DNA of 64,000 bases from Candidatus Cloacimonadales bacterium (GTDB taxonomy: Bacteria; Cloacimonadota; Cloacimonadia; Cloacimonadales; JAIOQZ01): contig OY762463.1 in assembly GCA_963665815.1 (NCBI GenBank), positions 896,001 through 960,000 of the forward strand, given 5' to 3'. Numbering within the stretch: the stretch's first letter is position 1; each line of letters starts with the position of its first letter. The translations under genes and the position numbers were made by a program. The notes under the pieces were generated by a model. The model had not been told where the DNA came from. It saw nothing but the letters and a program-made list of their open reading frames with translations, and did no database searches. This document shows positions 10,317-20,492 of this stretch, piece after piece.

Positions 10317-12206
10317 ATGAAGTATCTTGTACATTTGATTATTCCAATTATTCTTTTTGTCGGCTGTATAACAATATTTCAGCTTGAGTTCTGGCATCAA
10401 CTTGAAAGAAAAGCATATGATAGTCTTTTCCAATTGAGAGGTCCGAAGAAAGTATCCGAAGATATTGTTATTGTAGCCCTTGACGATGATACATTTTCTA
10501 CCCTTGATATGCAGTGGCCATTCCCTCGCGAACTCCATGCCAGACTTATTGACAACCTGGAAACAGCCGGAGCAAGACAAATAATATTTGATATTGAATT
10601 TACGGAGAGCTCAAATTCAATATCTGATAGTATTCTTGCGGAAACTGCTGCAAAATATGACAACATTATTTTTGCCGGCAAAATACTCAAAGATTACTCA
10701 AACAGATATGTCAGAGAACAGCTTCTTGATCCTGTTGATGCTATATCAATGAAAAAGCTTCCATGGGGACTTGTAAATATGTACATTGACTCCGATGGCT
10801 TTGTTAGACAATACAATCTAGAAATGACCTATGGTAAGGAAAGTTATCACACACTTGGTATTGTATCACTGGCAATGGAAAATAACAATTCAAGATTCAG
10901 CCGATCTACAATAAGTAAAACCTTGAAAGAGTTTATCATAAATTCCAACAAAAAAGATAAATTGACCGGAGAAATTCGAATTCCCCGCTTCAAAGAGCAG
11001 ACGGCGCTGATAAACTTTTACGGTCCTGCCAGATCATTCCCGACATTTTCTTATGCAAATGTAGTAGATGACAGTACCTATGAAGTACCTACAATAGATT
11101 TTGATGCATTCAATGAGCATCTCGCAGCCGGAACATTTAAAGATAAGATAGTACTTGTTGGGGCAACAATCGAAGAACTGCACGATACTTTTAACACTCC
11201 TTATATGAGAATGCATAACCTGACTCCGGGAGTGGAAATACATGCAAACTTCATTGAGATGTGCAAAAACAGGGATTTTCTGTATTCTCCAAACATCTTT
11301 TTACTGTTGTTTGTTCAACTCATATTCTCAATTGCTGCCTATATATTGTTCCTGAAGATAAAACCGAATATCAGCTTTATATTCCTTTTACTGCTCATGG
11401 GAGGCTCACTTTACGGTGCATATTACGCATTTGCTGAAAAAAGCTTTGTATTCCCTGTACTTGAGACTCCTGCATTGATTTTCGTTATTTATGTTGTTAC
11501 ACTTGTTGTGCAATATATAAGAAGCCTGAAAGAAAGAAGATTTATAAAACACGCATTCCAGCAATATATAGCACCGGATCTTGTTGATGAGCTTCTTAAG
11601 AATCCGGGTAATCTTGAGTATGGTGGATCCCTTAGAGAATTGTCCGTATTATTTTCCGATATCAGATCTTTTACTACTTATACTGAAAGTCACAGTCCAA
11701 AAGAAACAGTGACACAGCTCAGGGAATATCTGACTGCGATGGTAGAAATTATCTTAAGGCATTCGGGAACACTGGACAAATTTGTAGGGGATGAAATAAT
11801 GGCATTGTTCGGAGCACCGGTTGATCTGGAAAACCATGCTCTTTCTGCTTGTAAGGTTGCTCTTGAAATGCGGGAGAAATTGACTCTTCTTCAAGAAAAA
11901 TGGAGAAGCGAAGGCAAAGATATTTTCGAGATAGGCATAGGTGTTAACAGTGGATTCGCCACAGTTGGGAATCTGGGTTCAGAGCAGATTTTTGATTATA
12001 CTGCAATTGGAGACTGTATAAATCTCGGTGCTCGTCTGGAAGCAATAAACAAACAATATTCTACACAGAAAAAAATTATTATAAGTGAATTCACTTATGA
12101 GATTGTGAAAGATGATATTATTGCGGAATATCTTGATGAAGTACAGGTGAAAGGTAAAAATCAATTTGTCAAGATATACCAATTGATCGGACTAAAACAG
12201 ATTTAA
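10317..12206 (+). CDS. CHASE2-domain class III adenylate cyclase
   Basis: CHASE2 motifs (IVIVALDD, WPFPR..HA.LI, IFDI.F, DSDGFVR, PGVEIHAN), three TM helices, cyclase FSDIRSFT, DKFVGD, FDYTAIGDCINLGARLE (Lys/Asp pair of ATP-specific enzymes). Confidence 0.95.
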   Translation: MKYLVHLIIPIILFVGCITIFQLEFWHQLERKAYDSLFQLRGPKKVSEDIVIVALDDDTFSTLDMQWPFPRELHARLIDNLETAGARQIIFDIEFTESSNSISDSILAETAAKYDNIIFAGKILKDYSNRYVREQLLDPVDAISMKKLPWGLVNMYIDSDGFVRQYNLEMTYGKESYHTLGIVSLAMENNNSRFSRSTISKTLKEFIINSNKKDKLTGEIRIPRFKEQTALINFYGPARSFPTFSYANVVDDSTYEVPTIDFDAFNEHLAAGTFKDKIVLVGATIEELHDTFNTPYMRMHNLTPGVEIHANFIEMCKNRDFLYSPNIFLLLFVQLIFSIAAYILFLKIKPNISFIFLLLLMGGSLYGAYYAFAEKSFVFPVLETPALIFVIYVVTLVVQYIRSLKERRFIKHAFQQYIAPDLVDELLKNPGNLEYGGSLRELSVLFSDIRSFTTYTESHSPKETVTQLREYLTAMVEIILRHSGTLDKFVGDEIMALFGAPVDLENHALSACKVALEMREKLTLLQEKWRSEGKDIFEIGIGVNSGFATVGNLGSEQIFDYTAIGDCINLGARLEAINKQYSTQKKIIISEFTYEIVKDDIIAEYLDEVQVKGKNQFVKIYQLIGLKQI

Positions 12207-12215
12207 GGAAAATCA

Positions 12216-12734
12216 ATGAAAATAGAAGATAAGATAAAAGACGTTGAAACCATGAAAACTCTGCTGAAAAATTGCAGAGAAAACAGAAAGATAGTATTCA
12301 CAAACGGCTGTTTTGATATTCTGCATGCCGGTCATGTCCAGTATCTTGAAGATGCAAAAGCATGTGGTGATGTGCTTATTCTGGGATTGAACTCCGATGC
12401 ATCAGTCAGAAGACTTAAAGGTCCGACACGACCTGTAAACAGTGAAAGCGACAGGGCTTTTGTTCTTGCAGGATTGAGATCTGTTGATTATGTTGTAATC
12501 TTTGAAGAGGATACACCGATGAGTTTGATTAATGAGCTCATACCTGATGTACTTGTTAAAGGTGGAGACTGGGCCATAAAAGATATTGTTGGAGCAGAGA
12601 CTGTAATTGGAAACGGAGGCGAAGTAAAATCTCTCTCATTCAGAGATGGACTTTCTACAACAAATGTTATAGACAAAATAATGAGTATTTCTAATATTGA
12701 AAACAATTCAAAATCCAGCGTCAGGGAGAATTAA
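12216..12734 (+). CDS. rfaE2: D-glycero-beta-D-manno-heptose-1-phosphate adenylyltransferase (HldE domain II)
   Basis: [39 protein letters not shown]. Confidence 0.95.
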   Translation: MKIEDKIKDVETMKTLLKNCRENRKIVFTNGCFDILHAGHVQYLEDAKACGDVLILGLNSDASVRRLKGPTRPVNSESDRAFVLAGLRSVDYVVIFEEDTPMSLINELIPDVLVKGGDWAIKDIVGAETVIGNGGEVKSLSFRDGLSTTNVIDKIMSISNIENNSKSSVREN

Positions 12735-13168
12735 TGTCAGAACATAATACAGAAGACAGAGCAGTTGTTAAGGAAGTGAGAGGAAAGAAAGTAATTCTGG
12801 AAACAATGAAATCAGGAGCTTGTGACAGTTGTGCAGCACATGCACTTTGTGCCGGACAGGACAGATGCGTTGAAATTGTTACAGAATCGGATATTCCTTT
12901 AAAGAAAGGAGACATTGTAAACATTGAGATATCAGCGGGAATCAAACTGTTTTCTTCATTCATAATCTTTGTATTTCCAATACTGGTAATGTTTGCTGCA
13001 TATTTCATTTCGAAAATGTTGTTATCACTTAGTGAGAATTTTTCTGTTCTAATTACAATATTAAGTCTTTTACCCAGTATTGTTATCATTAGAATACTGG
13101 ATAAAAAATATGCAAAGAAAGTACATTTCGAAATTATTAAAAAAATTGGTGAAGAGGACGCACAATGA
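12734..13168 (+). CDS. RseC/MucC (SoxR reducing system) family membrane protein
   Basis: CxxCxxxxxC (CDSCAAHALC), GD.V.I, two C-terminal TM helices. Confidence 0.8.
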   Translation: MSEHNTEDRAVVKEVRGKKVILETMKSGACDSCAAHALCAGQDRCVEIVTESDIPLKKGDIVNIEISAGIKLFSSFIIFVFPILVMFAAYFISKMLLSLSENFSVLITILSLLPSIVIIRILDKKYAKKVHFEIIKKIGEEDAQ

Positions 13169-13524
13169 AAGCAGTTTTGCATGATATGATTTTTTACGGA
13201 TTCCATGGAGTACATCCTGAAGAAAGAACACTGGGACAAAGATTTATTGTTACAATATCCTTCGAAAGTGATCATTCAAAGGATCAACAGATCAGACACT
13301 TGCATGATACTGTTGATTATTCCAGAGTCTATGCTGATGTAAAACACATTATGGAAAAGAAGCAATTCGAACTGCTTGAAGCTTGTGCAAATGACATACT
13401 TGATGAACTCTTACAGAATTACCCAAAAATTGAATCTGCTGAGGTTTCGATTAAAAAGCCGTCAGTTCCGTTGAACGGTCCACTTAATTCTGTTGAGGTC
13501 GTTATGAAGAGAAGCAGAAAATGA
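13165..13524 (+). CDS. folB: Dihydroneopterin aldolase
   Basis: FYGFHGV.PEE..LGQRF, TVDY, LLE, IKKP; precedes folK. Confidence 0.95.
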   Translation: MKAVLHDMIFYGFHGVHPEERTLGQRFIVTISFESDHSKDQQIRHLHDTVDYSRVYADVKHIMEKKQFELLEACANDILDELLQNYPKIESAEVSIKKPSVPLNGPLNSVEVVMKRSRK

Positions 13525-13985
13525 CAAACACAGTTATATTAGGTTTGGGTTCAAACCTTGGAGATAGAGAGAGTAATATTCAATTTGCTTTAGAAAAGCT
13601 TGAAAACTACGGCTCTGAAATACTCAGTACAAGTAAGATAATTGAGACAGAACCTTATGGGTTTACAGATCAACCAGAATTCCTTAATTGTGCGGCAATC
13701 ATAAAAACTTGTAAACCCCCTCTGGAATTACTTGATACATGCAAACGCATAGAAACAGAAGTCGGTAGAATTAAGACTGTTCATTGGGGACCTCGAGTTA
13801 TTGATCTTGATATCCTTTTTTACAATGATATTGTGATGCAGCATGATCGTTTAACGATCCCCCACCCTGAGCTTCATAAACGTAAATTTGTTCTTGATTC
13901 TCTCCTGGAAATATGTCCAAATATGATGCATCCTGTGCTCAAAACAACAATAAGAAATATATATAATGAGTTCAAAGCTTACTGA
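13521..13985 (+). CDS. folK: 2-amino-4-hydroxy-6-hydroxymethyldihydropteridine pyrophosphokinase
   Basis: LGSNLGDR, ETEP.G, FLN, WGPRVIDLDIL, LTIPHP. Confidence 0.96.
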   Translation: MTNTVILGLGSNLGDRESNIQFALEKLENYGSEILSTSKIIETEPYGFTDQPEFLNCAAIIKTCKPPLELLDTCKRIETEVGRIKTVHWGPRVIDLDILFYNDIVMQHDRLTIPHPELHKRKFVLDSLLEICPNMMHPVLKTTIRNIYNEFKAY

Positions 13986-14054
13986 TAAATAATACTGTTA
14001 TGACATTGTAAAAAGTACAGAATAAAAAAAAATCTGATCTAAGGAAGAAAAAAC

Positions 14055-14084
14055 TTGCATTATCAATACATAATATCGTAAAAT
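14055..14084 (+). promoter_or_regulatory. Putative sigma70 promoter abutting the HD gene start
   Basis: TTGCAT at 14055-14060, 18-nt spacer, TAAAAT at 14079-14084; ATG at 14092, no SD. Confidence 0.45.
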
Positions 14085-14091
14085 ATCAATT

Positions 14092-14733
14092 ATGAAAAGA
14101 TTTAAAAAGTTGTTCCCTTTTATTGAAAACATACTTGAGTCAAGATTACCCCGGAATCTTACTTATCATAATAAAGAGCATACATTGATTTATGTTCTTG
14201 ATGCTGTTGACAGGCTTGCTGTTTCTGAAAAAGTTAATGAAAATGATCACGAGTTGCTTCTCGTAAGTGTTCTTTTTCATGATGTAGGTTATGTTTTCAA
14301 AATGGAAGAGCATGAGAAAACGGGAATTAACTTTGCCAGAGAAATATTGCCTGATTACGGTTTCTCCGTTTCAGAAATAGATAAAGTAGCAGACATTATT
14401 CAATCAACAAAAGTTGAAATAGTTAATGGACTTCCTTTGCAGCACCCGGGAGATAATGTACTATTCAAAATAATGTGCGATGCTGATCTCGACAGTCTGG
14501 GAAGAGAAGATTATCCTCAGAGATCATGGGCGCTTTATACAGAGAATACTAATCTTGGAGCAACAATTGATCTGAAAGACTGGTGGAAAGGGCAATGGAT
14601 TTTCCTGAATCGTCATGAGTACTTTACAGAATCCAACATTGAATTCCGCAAAGAAGGCAAGAAAAAAAATCTCGAATATATAAAAGCAAAATTAGATGAA
14701 CTTGGTATAAATATATCAGATATCTCTGTTTAG
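14092..14733 (+). CDS. Stand-alone HD-domain metal-dependent phosphohydrolase
   Basis: YHNKEHT, LFHDVG, HE, CDADL..LG, H.YFT motifs. Confidence 0.85.
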   Translation: MKRFKKLFPFIENILESRLPRNLTYHNKEHTLIYVLDAVDRLAVSEKVNENDHELLLVSVLFHDVGYVFKMEEHEKTGINFAREILPDYGFSVSEIDKVADIIQSTKVEIVNGLPLQHPGDNVLFKIMCDADLDSLGREDYPQRSWALYTENTNLGATIDLKDWWKGQWIFLNRHEYFTESNIEFRKEGKKKNLEYIKAKLDELGINISDISV

Positions 14734-14739
14734 CAAAAA

Positions 14740-16107
14740 CTACTTATTCCAAATTCCTTTTGCAGTACCTCTATACAACTTATAACACTGAATCGGTGCA
14801 AGAACAGGACCAAAGAAATTACATATAATCGTCGATATTATTAGTGCTTCCGGTCCCATACCAAAATTTCTTATAAGAATATGTGCAACAGGTAGGAATA
14901 GTGCAGCTCCTATTAATGCAGAAACAAATTGAAGTCTGAGCTTACCTGTACTGTTAACAATAATTGAGAAAATTCCACCAAAACTGAAGATTGAGTAGTT
15001 AAGGAATTGCAGAAAATTCATTTTGAATCCTACTGTAGCTTCTCCATCCAACCAGAAATTGTATATCCAGGGTGCAGCAATCAGGACACCTCCGCTTATG
15101 AAAACTGCAATCACCCATATTGACATTTGAATACTAAAAATCTTTTTAATCCTTGCATTGTCTTTTACAGTCCAAGCTCTTGTAAGATATGGCCATACTG
15201 TGTTTTGGATTATTGAACCAAGAAATGCAATAGTGGAAAACAGCTTTCTTGAGAGAGAATACTGCACAACATTTTTAGCGCCAAAATAGTGAGCTATTAC
15301 AAAGGAACTCACTTGATAAAGTATGATACCTGCTATTTTTACGAAAAAGAAATTTATACTTAATCCAATCAGACTTTTTGCCTTTTTCATATCAATATAT
15401 CTGAACGAGGGAGCTATATTTCTATATTTCGAGCTGAAAAGGATGACTGAAGCTAACAAAAACACAAGAAGAGGAACAACACTCATTATCGATGCAAATG
15501 CCATCAGATTGAACTGGAAAAACTTGCTTCCGATACCTATCACAACCAATACAAACACATTTGATATCGGATCCAGAGCAGAACCTATAGCCGGATTAAG
15601 TTCAGCAGCAGTAACATTTATAATAAGCTGAAGTAAAAACCTTATGAAGAAACAACTGAATATTATATTTGATACTGCAGTCAGTTCATTTATTGGTATA
15701 TCTGTCTTGAGTATCTTTTGCCAATCAAGGAAATAATTTGAAGACAGAAAAATGATCAACAGTGAAAATGATATAATCCCAATTATAAAATATGTTGTAC
15801 TTACCAGAATCTTCCCCAGTTCTACATCTTTCTTTTCTAATGCTTCAGCCAGTTTGTTCTTTAATCCGTTGCCAAGACCTATTTCAAAGAAAGTAATCCA
15901 CTGAAACATTGAAAGGAATGTAAGCCATACTCCATATTCAGAATCTTCGAGTATTTTAAGAGAAATCCTGTATAAGAGCAAGCCTGAAACTATACTGACA
16001 CCTTTTGTAAATAGATTCATCACAAAATTAAAATGTATTGTGTTGGTTTTGGTGTAATTAGACAGTTTCACGAACTCTTTTACAGATCCAAATTTATTTG
16101 ATAACAA
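14740..16107 (-). CDS. Wzx/MATE-like polysaccharide flippase
   Basis: About 12 hydrophobic segments, YGVWLT, FEIGLGNGLKN typical of oligosaccharide flippases; GGAG SD before the TTG start. Confidence 0.85.
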   Translation of the reverse strand: MLSNKFGSVKEFVKLSNYTKTNTIHFNFVMNLFTKGVSIVSGLLLYRISLKILEDSEYGVWLTFLSMFQWITFFEIGLGNGLKNKLAEALEKKDVELGKILVSTTYFIIGIISFSLLIIFLSSNYFLDWQKILKTDIPINELTAVSNIIFSCFFIRFLLQLIINVTAAELNPAIGSALDPISNVFVLVVIGIGSKFFQFNLMAFASIMSVVPLLVFLLASVILFSSKYRNIAPSFRYIDMKKAKSLIGLSINFFFVKIAGIILYQVSSFVIAHYFGAKNVVQYSLSRKLFSTIAFLGSIIQNTVWPYLTRAWTVKDNARIKKIFSIQMSIWVIAVFISGGVLIAAPWIYNFWLDGEATVGFKMNFLQFLNYSIFSFGGIFSIIVNSTGKLRLQFVSALIGAALFLPVAHILIRNFGMGPEALIISTIICNFFGPVLAPIQCYKLYRGTAKGIWNK

Positions 16108-16212
16108 TAGAAATCTCCATTATAATATTTAAGTTTTAAATCAATCTCATCGTGTTTATTGTCAAGACAAATGAAACTTCTTTAAAACTATCAGGAATTA
16201 GTATGAATAAGT

Positions 16213-17145
16213 TTAATCTAATCGATCATAATACTTCAGAACTACTAAAGCTCTCAAAGTATTCCATCTGCTCTCCTGACCGGTTTGCTCCATATCAAAA
16301 TGAACTTCTCCCTTTATCTTATGCTGTAAGGGCCAAAAACCACTCTTTTTCCTTTTATTGAGCAGTAAATCCAGTGCATCCTCCATCCGTGGATCATACT
16401 TCAATCCAACTTCAACAAAATAGAACAAACACCTCAGGAAATTATAATACCAGCGAGCAGGGAATGACAGCATCTTGAAACTACTCTTGATATCCTTACC
16501 GGTTTTATCCGATTTGTACAGTCTATGCATCAGAAGAAACTCATGAGCCTGATCCCTGAGAATTATTAACTCATCTGATCTGTATGTATAGCCATTTACA
16601 AGATATTCATGAATCCCTTCCAGTACACTGATTGTTGTATGTATAGAGCTGTGAATAGCTCCAGTACGCCACTTACAATTCCAACCACCATCCTGAAAAT
16701 GTTTATCTATAATGTAGTCGACAATCTCTTTTATCTTTTCGGATTCTGTATTGCAATAGCAGCATATTCTAAGCAACATCCCGGAAATACACATATCCAG
16801 CATTCTGTCTTTGCTTCCCATACCATTGTTGTACCATAAAGCATTGAGTAGTTTTACAGCACTTTCTCTGTATTCAGGAGTCTCCGGGTGAATCTCAAGA
16901 TCTCTCAGTTCCAGCATTGTATAGTGGGTTGAACGCCACTTTGGAGTATACCAGCCTCCTCCCCACTTTCCAGTTTCAGGGTCTCTGAGCTCCAGAAACG
17001 CCTTTCCCCAGCCTTCTGAGGATATTCTTTTCTGTAGGCTATCAAGTTTTTCCATGGTGGATTTCAGCAGGTACTTCTCTGTCTGATACCGGATAGAAAT
17101 GTCGCCTTCCTGAAGCCATTTTAGTATTTCATTGTAGTTTAACAT
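16213..17145 (-). CDS. Conserved hypothetical protein, prenyltransferase/squalene-cyclase-like alpha-barrel repeats
   Basis: PKWRSTHYT, DGGWNC, SS.HTT..VLEG, SFP.RWYY, SRWNTLRAL; QW-like repeats. Confidence 0.6.
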   Translation of the reverse strand: MLNYNEILKWLQEGDISIRYQTEKYLLKSTMEKLDSLQKRISSEGWGKAFLELRDPETGKWGGGWYTPKWRSTHYTMLELRDLEIHPETPEYRESAVKLLNALWYNNGMGSKDRMLDMCISGMLLRICCYCNTESEKIKEIVDYIIDKHFQDGGWNCKWRTGAIHSSIHTTISVLEGIHEYLVNGYTYRSDELIILRDQAHEFLLMHRLYKSDKTGKDIKSSFKMLSFPARWYYNFLRCLFYFVEVGLKYDPRMEDALDLLLNKRKKSGFWPLQHKIKGEVHFDMEQTGQESRWNTLRALVVLKYYDRLD

Positions 17146-17354
17146 AGGTGTTCCTTGAATTATTCTGTTTATTTTGCTAATATATATTATATCTATTCTA
17201 ATTTTACATAACAGTACTTTTATTCAAGAAATATTTTAATTAACAGTAATCACAACTTGACTTTTTTTTCAGTGATTCAAAATCTTAACATGTTTTATAT
17301 TTCGTGTTGACAACCTGATCAGAATCATTTAGAAGCATTAATTTATGAAAAGGA

Positions 17355-17882
17355 ATGAAAAATGAAAGAAGTAAAAAATTGAATTTGCATGAATTAGATA
17401 GTCTTCACTCAATTTTATCAAAACGTTATCCATTTTCATTTACAACCGACATTGGATTCCCAACATCAAAAAATCCAAATAATAATATTTTTCTTGATAT
17501 TGACGAAATTAATAGAAATGGTAAGATAATAAATATGACCAAGCAACAAAGTGATAGTGCCGAGACCAACTCATGTATGGATATCAGCCGCTGTAGAGGT
17601 GGAATTGATATGGTAACCCTTACATACGACAGAAAATTGAAAATATGTAACAGTGCTTTAGATTCTGAATTTTACTGGCATAACGAAGTATCAGCAGAAA
17701 ATTTTTACGATCTCTGGTTAAATCCCACTAACAATATAAAAGAAATGAGAAGTGAACGTATTACTGATATCGAAAATTGCAAAACTTACAGCAAACTATC
17801 TAATTGCCTACCTGTTAATTGCCGAGTATTAGCAAGAATATATACAGGAAGCCACTATAACCATAACCCTTTAAGCTGTTGA
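17355..17882 (+). pseudogene. C-terminal SPASM-domain fragment of a radical SAM protein
   Basis: C.GG...T...D..L..C and C(KTY)....C....CR..A....G.......C pattern; no CxxxCxxC radical SAM core; CxxC appears as CKTY. Confidence 0.6.
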
Positions 17883-17887
17883 TACTT

Positions 17888-19495
17888 ATGACATATATCA
17901 AAAATTATATTATAAATATATTGAAGAAGAAGTTTCTGTTTTTTTTAGGTCTGATTGTCTTAACGCTGGCAAGTTCTATAATCGCTATAATGCTGCCTAT
18001 CCAGTTTAAAAATCACCTCATCAATCTTGAGAATAATTCAACAATAACTATCCTATTACAGTCATTTATGATTTATTTCAGTTACTTATTAATATCATCT
18101 ATTGTATCAATTGTGTGGCATTACTTAATTACTAAATTTGGAGCCTTTATACTGTTCGATCTAAGAAAGCACTTACTGCAGAAAATCGAAACAGCATACA
18201 TGGATAAAGTGAATGAGTACAGTCGTAACAGACTTAAGCATATTATATTCTCTGATTCTCTTGTTATATTTAGAGTTCTTGTAAATTTTTCGATACAAAT
18301 AATAGCAAAAACAGTTGTTATATGTTTGATCCTTACAATAATTTACTTATCATTCAAAAGAATTGCTTTATTCCTTGCAATTGCAATGATTATTGGGATT
18401 GTGATAGCGAATTATGCCCGAAAGAAAATTGCAGAAGTATCCAAAAAAGTTAATGATTCAATGAAAAGCACTCATTCCATGATTAATAATCACATTGATT
18501 CAATAAAACTTTATCAAAGTAATGATTTAGATAATTATAAAAACAGGAAATATAGCGAAATCAATAATGTATTTCTTAAGTCAGCACTACATGCGGATAT
18601 TATACAAGTATTCTTTACGAGTACTCAAGGAAATTTGAAGTCAATATTTAATATCGTTTTCATAACAATGCTATATATTTTAAGTGATATTGAAGTTACT
18701 ACAAGCAGTGTTGTATTGCTGATTTTCTACTCAAACATTGTTTGGTCATATAGCTCCTCTATTGAGAACTTGATATCAACAATTGGTGAATCAATACCTG
18801 CTTTCAAAAATATCAATAGTATTTTAAGCTTAGAAAGTAGAACAGGCTCACATGTTATCAAAAGGATAAAAGAAATTGAGTTTTCCAAAGTCAGCTTCAT
18901 GTATAAAGATGAAATGGTAGTCAAAGATTTAAGTTTCAAATTGGAGAAGGGAACCTGCTATCAAATCACAGGAAAAAATGGATCAGGAAAATCAACACTA
19001 ATCTCACTATTAATGAATTTGAATAGACCATCTGAGGGAGAAATACTAATTAATGGAATTAGATTGGATGAAGTTGACCACAAATCATATATTCGTAAAA
19101 TTACTTACATTGACCAGAATGAACTACTTCTTGAAGAAAATATAGTAGATTACATTCAAGCCGTCACTCAAAATTATTCAGTCAATAAAATTAGGGATAT
19201 TTTGAGTTCTATAAGTTTCTCAAATGATGAAAATACCGATATGCTTGAAAAACTTGATTTCATGGGTAAAAACATTTCAGGTGGTCAAAGAAAAAAACTA
19301 CTATTTTGCAAATTATTACTTAAGTTCATTGAATCCGATTTAATAATTATAGATGAAGTTACTGCAAACATGGATTCTCAAACAAAGAAAGCTTATCAAG
19401 ATATTAGATCAAAGATGATTAAGAACACAGAAAAAATATTTATTGAAGTAAATCATGAAAACGACATTTCTAATTTTAACAATATTAGTTTGTAG
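17888..19495 (+). CDS. ABC exporter, fused permease and ATPase
   Basis: N-terminal TM domain, Walker A GKNGSGKST, ISGGQ signature, Walker B IIIDE, H-loop. Confidence 0.88.
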   Translation: MTYIKNYIINILKKKFLFFLGLIVLTLASSIIAIMLPIQFKNHLINLENNSTITILLQSFMIYFSYLLISSIVSIVWHYLITKFGAFILFDLRKHLLQKIETAYMDKVNEYSRNRLKHIIFSDSLVIFRVLVNFSIQIIAKTVVICLILTIIYLSFKRIALFLAIAMIIGIVIANYARKKIAEVSKKVNDSMKSTHSMINNHIDSIKLYQSNDLDNYKNRKYSEINNVFLKSALHADIIQVFFTSTQGNLKSIFNIVFITMLYILSDIEVTTSSVVLLIFYSNIVWSYSSSIENLISTIGESIPAFKNINSILSLESRTGSHVIKRIKEIEFSKVSFMYKDEMVVKDLSFKLEKGTCYQITGKNGSGKSTLISLLMNLNRPSEGEILINGIRLDEVDHKSYIRKITYIDQNELLLEENIVDYIQAVTQNYSVNKIRDILSSISFSNDENTDMLEKLDFMGKNISGGQRKKLLFCKLLLKFIESDLIIIDEVTANMDSQTKKAYQDIRSKMIKNTEKIFIEVNHENDISNFNNISL

Positions 19496-20492
19496 CTGTA
19501 TAATTGAGTCAGCCTTATGCAATGAGCTATCAGTTTCTGATGAGGTATTCAACATTACAAGCGAGGATCTTGAGTATAATAATATAACCGATTATTGCGT
19601 CTGTGATAGTATGATTTACATTCTTGATGCTATGCTCTCTGAAATTACAATTGTAAATTATAAAACTAACAGCCATATTACTTCTTATGGAAGCAAAGGA
19701 AATGGTCCTGGTGAATTTGTTTTACCTAAAAGGATTTTCTCTTACAAAAACAATATTTATGTATGGGATGAAAAGAAGAAATGCATAATAGAGTTCAATA
19801 ATGACCAATATCTAAATGAGTACTCAAACGATTTTCTTAAACAATGTCACAATTGTGAATTCTTTAGCCTGAAAAACCAAATCTATATTCAATATGATAT
19901 TGTTTATTTTAATGAAAACTCTACTTACATTGAAAAAAAAATTGCGTCTCTTAATTCTGACTTTACTATAGGAAAAAAAGTGCATTTAGTTTCCAGCAAA
20001 ATATATAATCCCTATTATTTTAATTTCTCGGGAGATAAATTATTTTCTATGAACAACAATTTTTTATCAATATATACTCCAGATATAAATGAAATCAATT
20101 TTGATTTTATAGATTTAAATAGTAATCGCAAATTCGCATATAATGAAAAATTTCCCAAACAGAGAATGAGGAAAAAGAAGAGAGAAGCTCTTGATGAGTA
20201 CGCAGATTACTTGAAAAGCTATTATGTAGATAAAAATGTTGAGATAGAGAGTATATCTAATTATGAAAACTCCGTAACAAGTATGTATTTATCTTCAAAT
20301 GGATTCTTATACTTCCTTAATAATATCAATAATAGAAACTTGTTGCATAGATACAACCCTGTCAATAATAAGATTACTTCATGCGAAATAGACTTATCTG
20401 GAGAAATAAGAATAATAAACAACCATTTATTTATTTTAAATCAAACATTGGACTATTTCACATTCAAAGTTATTAAAATAAATCAAAATTGA
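19455..20492 (+). CDS. Exported 6-bladed beta-propeller (NHL-like) protein
   Basis: Signal peptide, IYILD, GSKGNGPGEF..P, IYVWD blade motifs. Confidence 0.7.
   Translation: MKTTFLILTILVCSCIIESALCNELSVSDEVFNITSEDLEYNNITDYCVCDSMIYILDAMLSEITIVNYKTNSHITSYGSKGNGPGEFVLPKRIFSYKNNIYVWDEKKKCIIEFNNDQYLNEYSNDFLKQCHNCEFFSLKNQIYIQYDIVYFNENSTYIEKKIASLNSDFTIGKKVHLVSSKIYNPYYFNFSGDKLFSMNNNFLSIYTPDINEINFDFIDLNSNRKFAYNEKFPKQRMRKKKREALDEYADYLKSYYVDKNVEIESISNYENSVTSMYLSSNGFLYFLNNINNRNLLHRYNPVNNKITSCEIDLSGEIRIINNHLFILNQTLDYFTFKVIKINQN

Noticed and set aside
14092-14733. Pycsar/CBASS anti-phage interpretation of the cyclase plus HD gene
   Set aside because: The cyclase is a membrane CHASE2 sensor with ATP-type residues, no effector domain is present, and housekeeping genes separate the two
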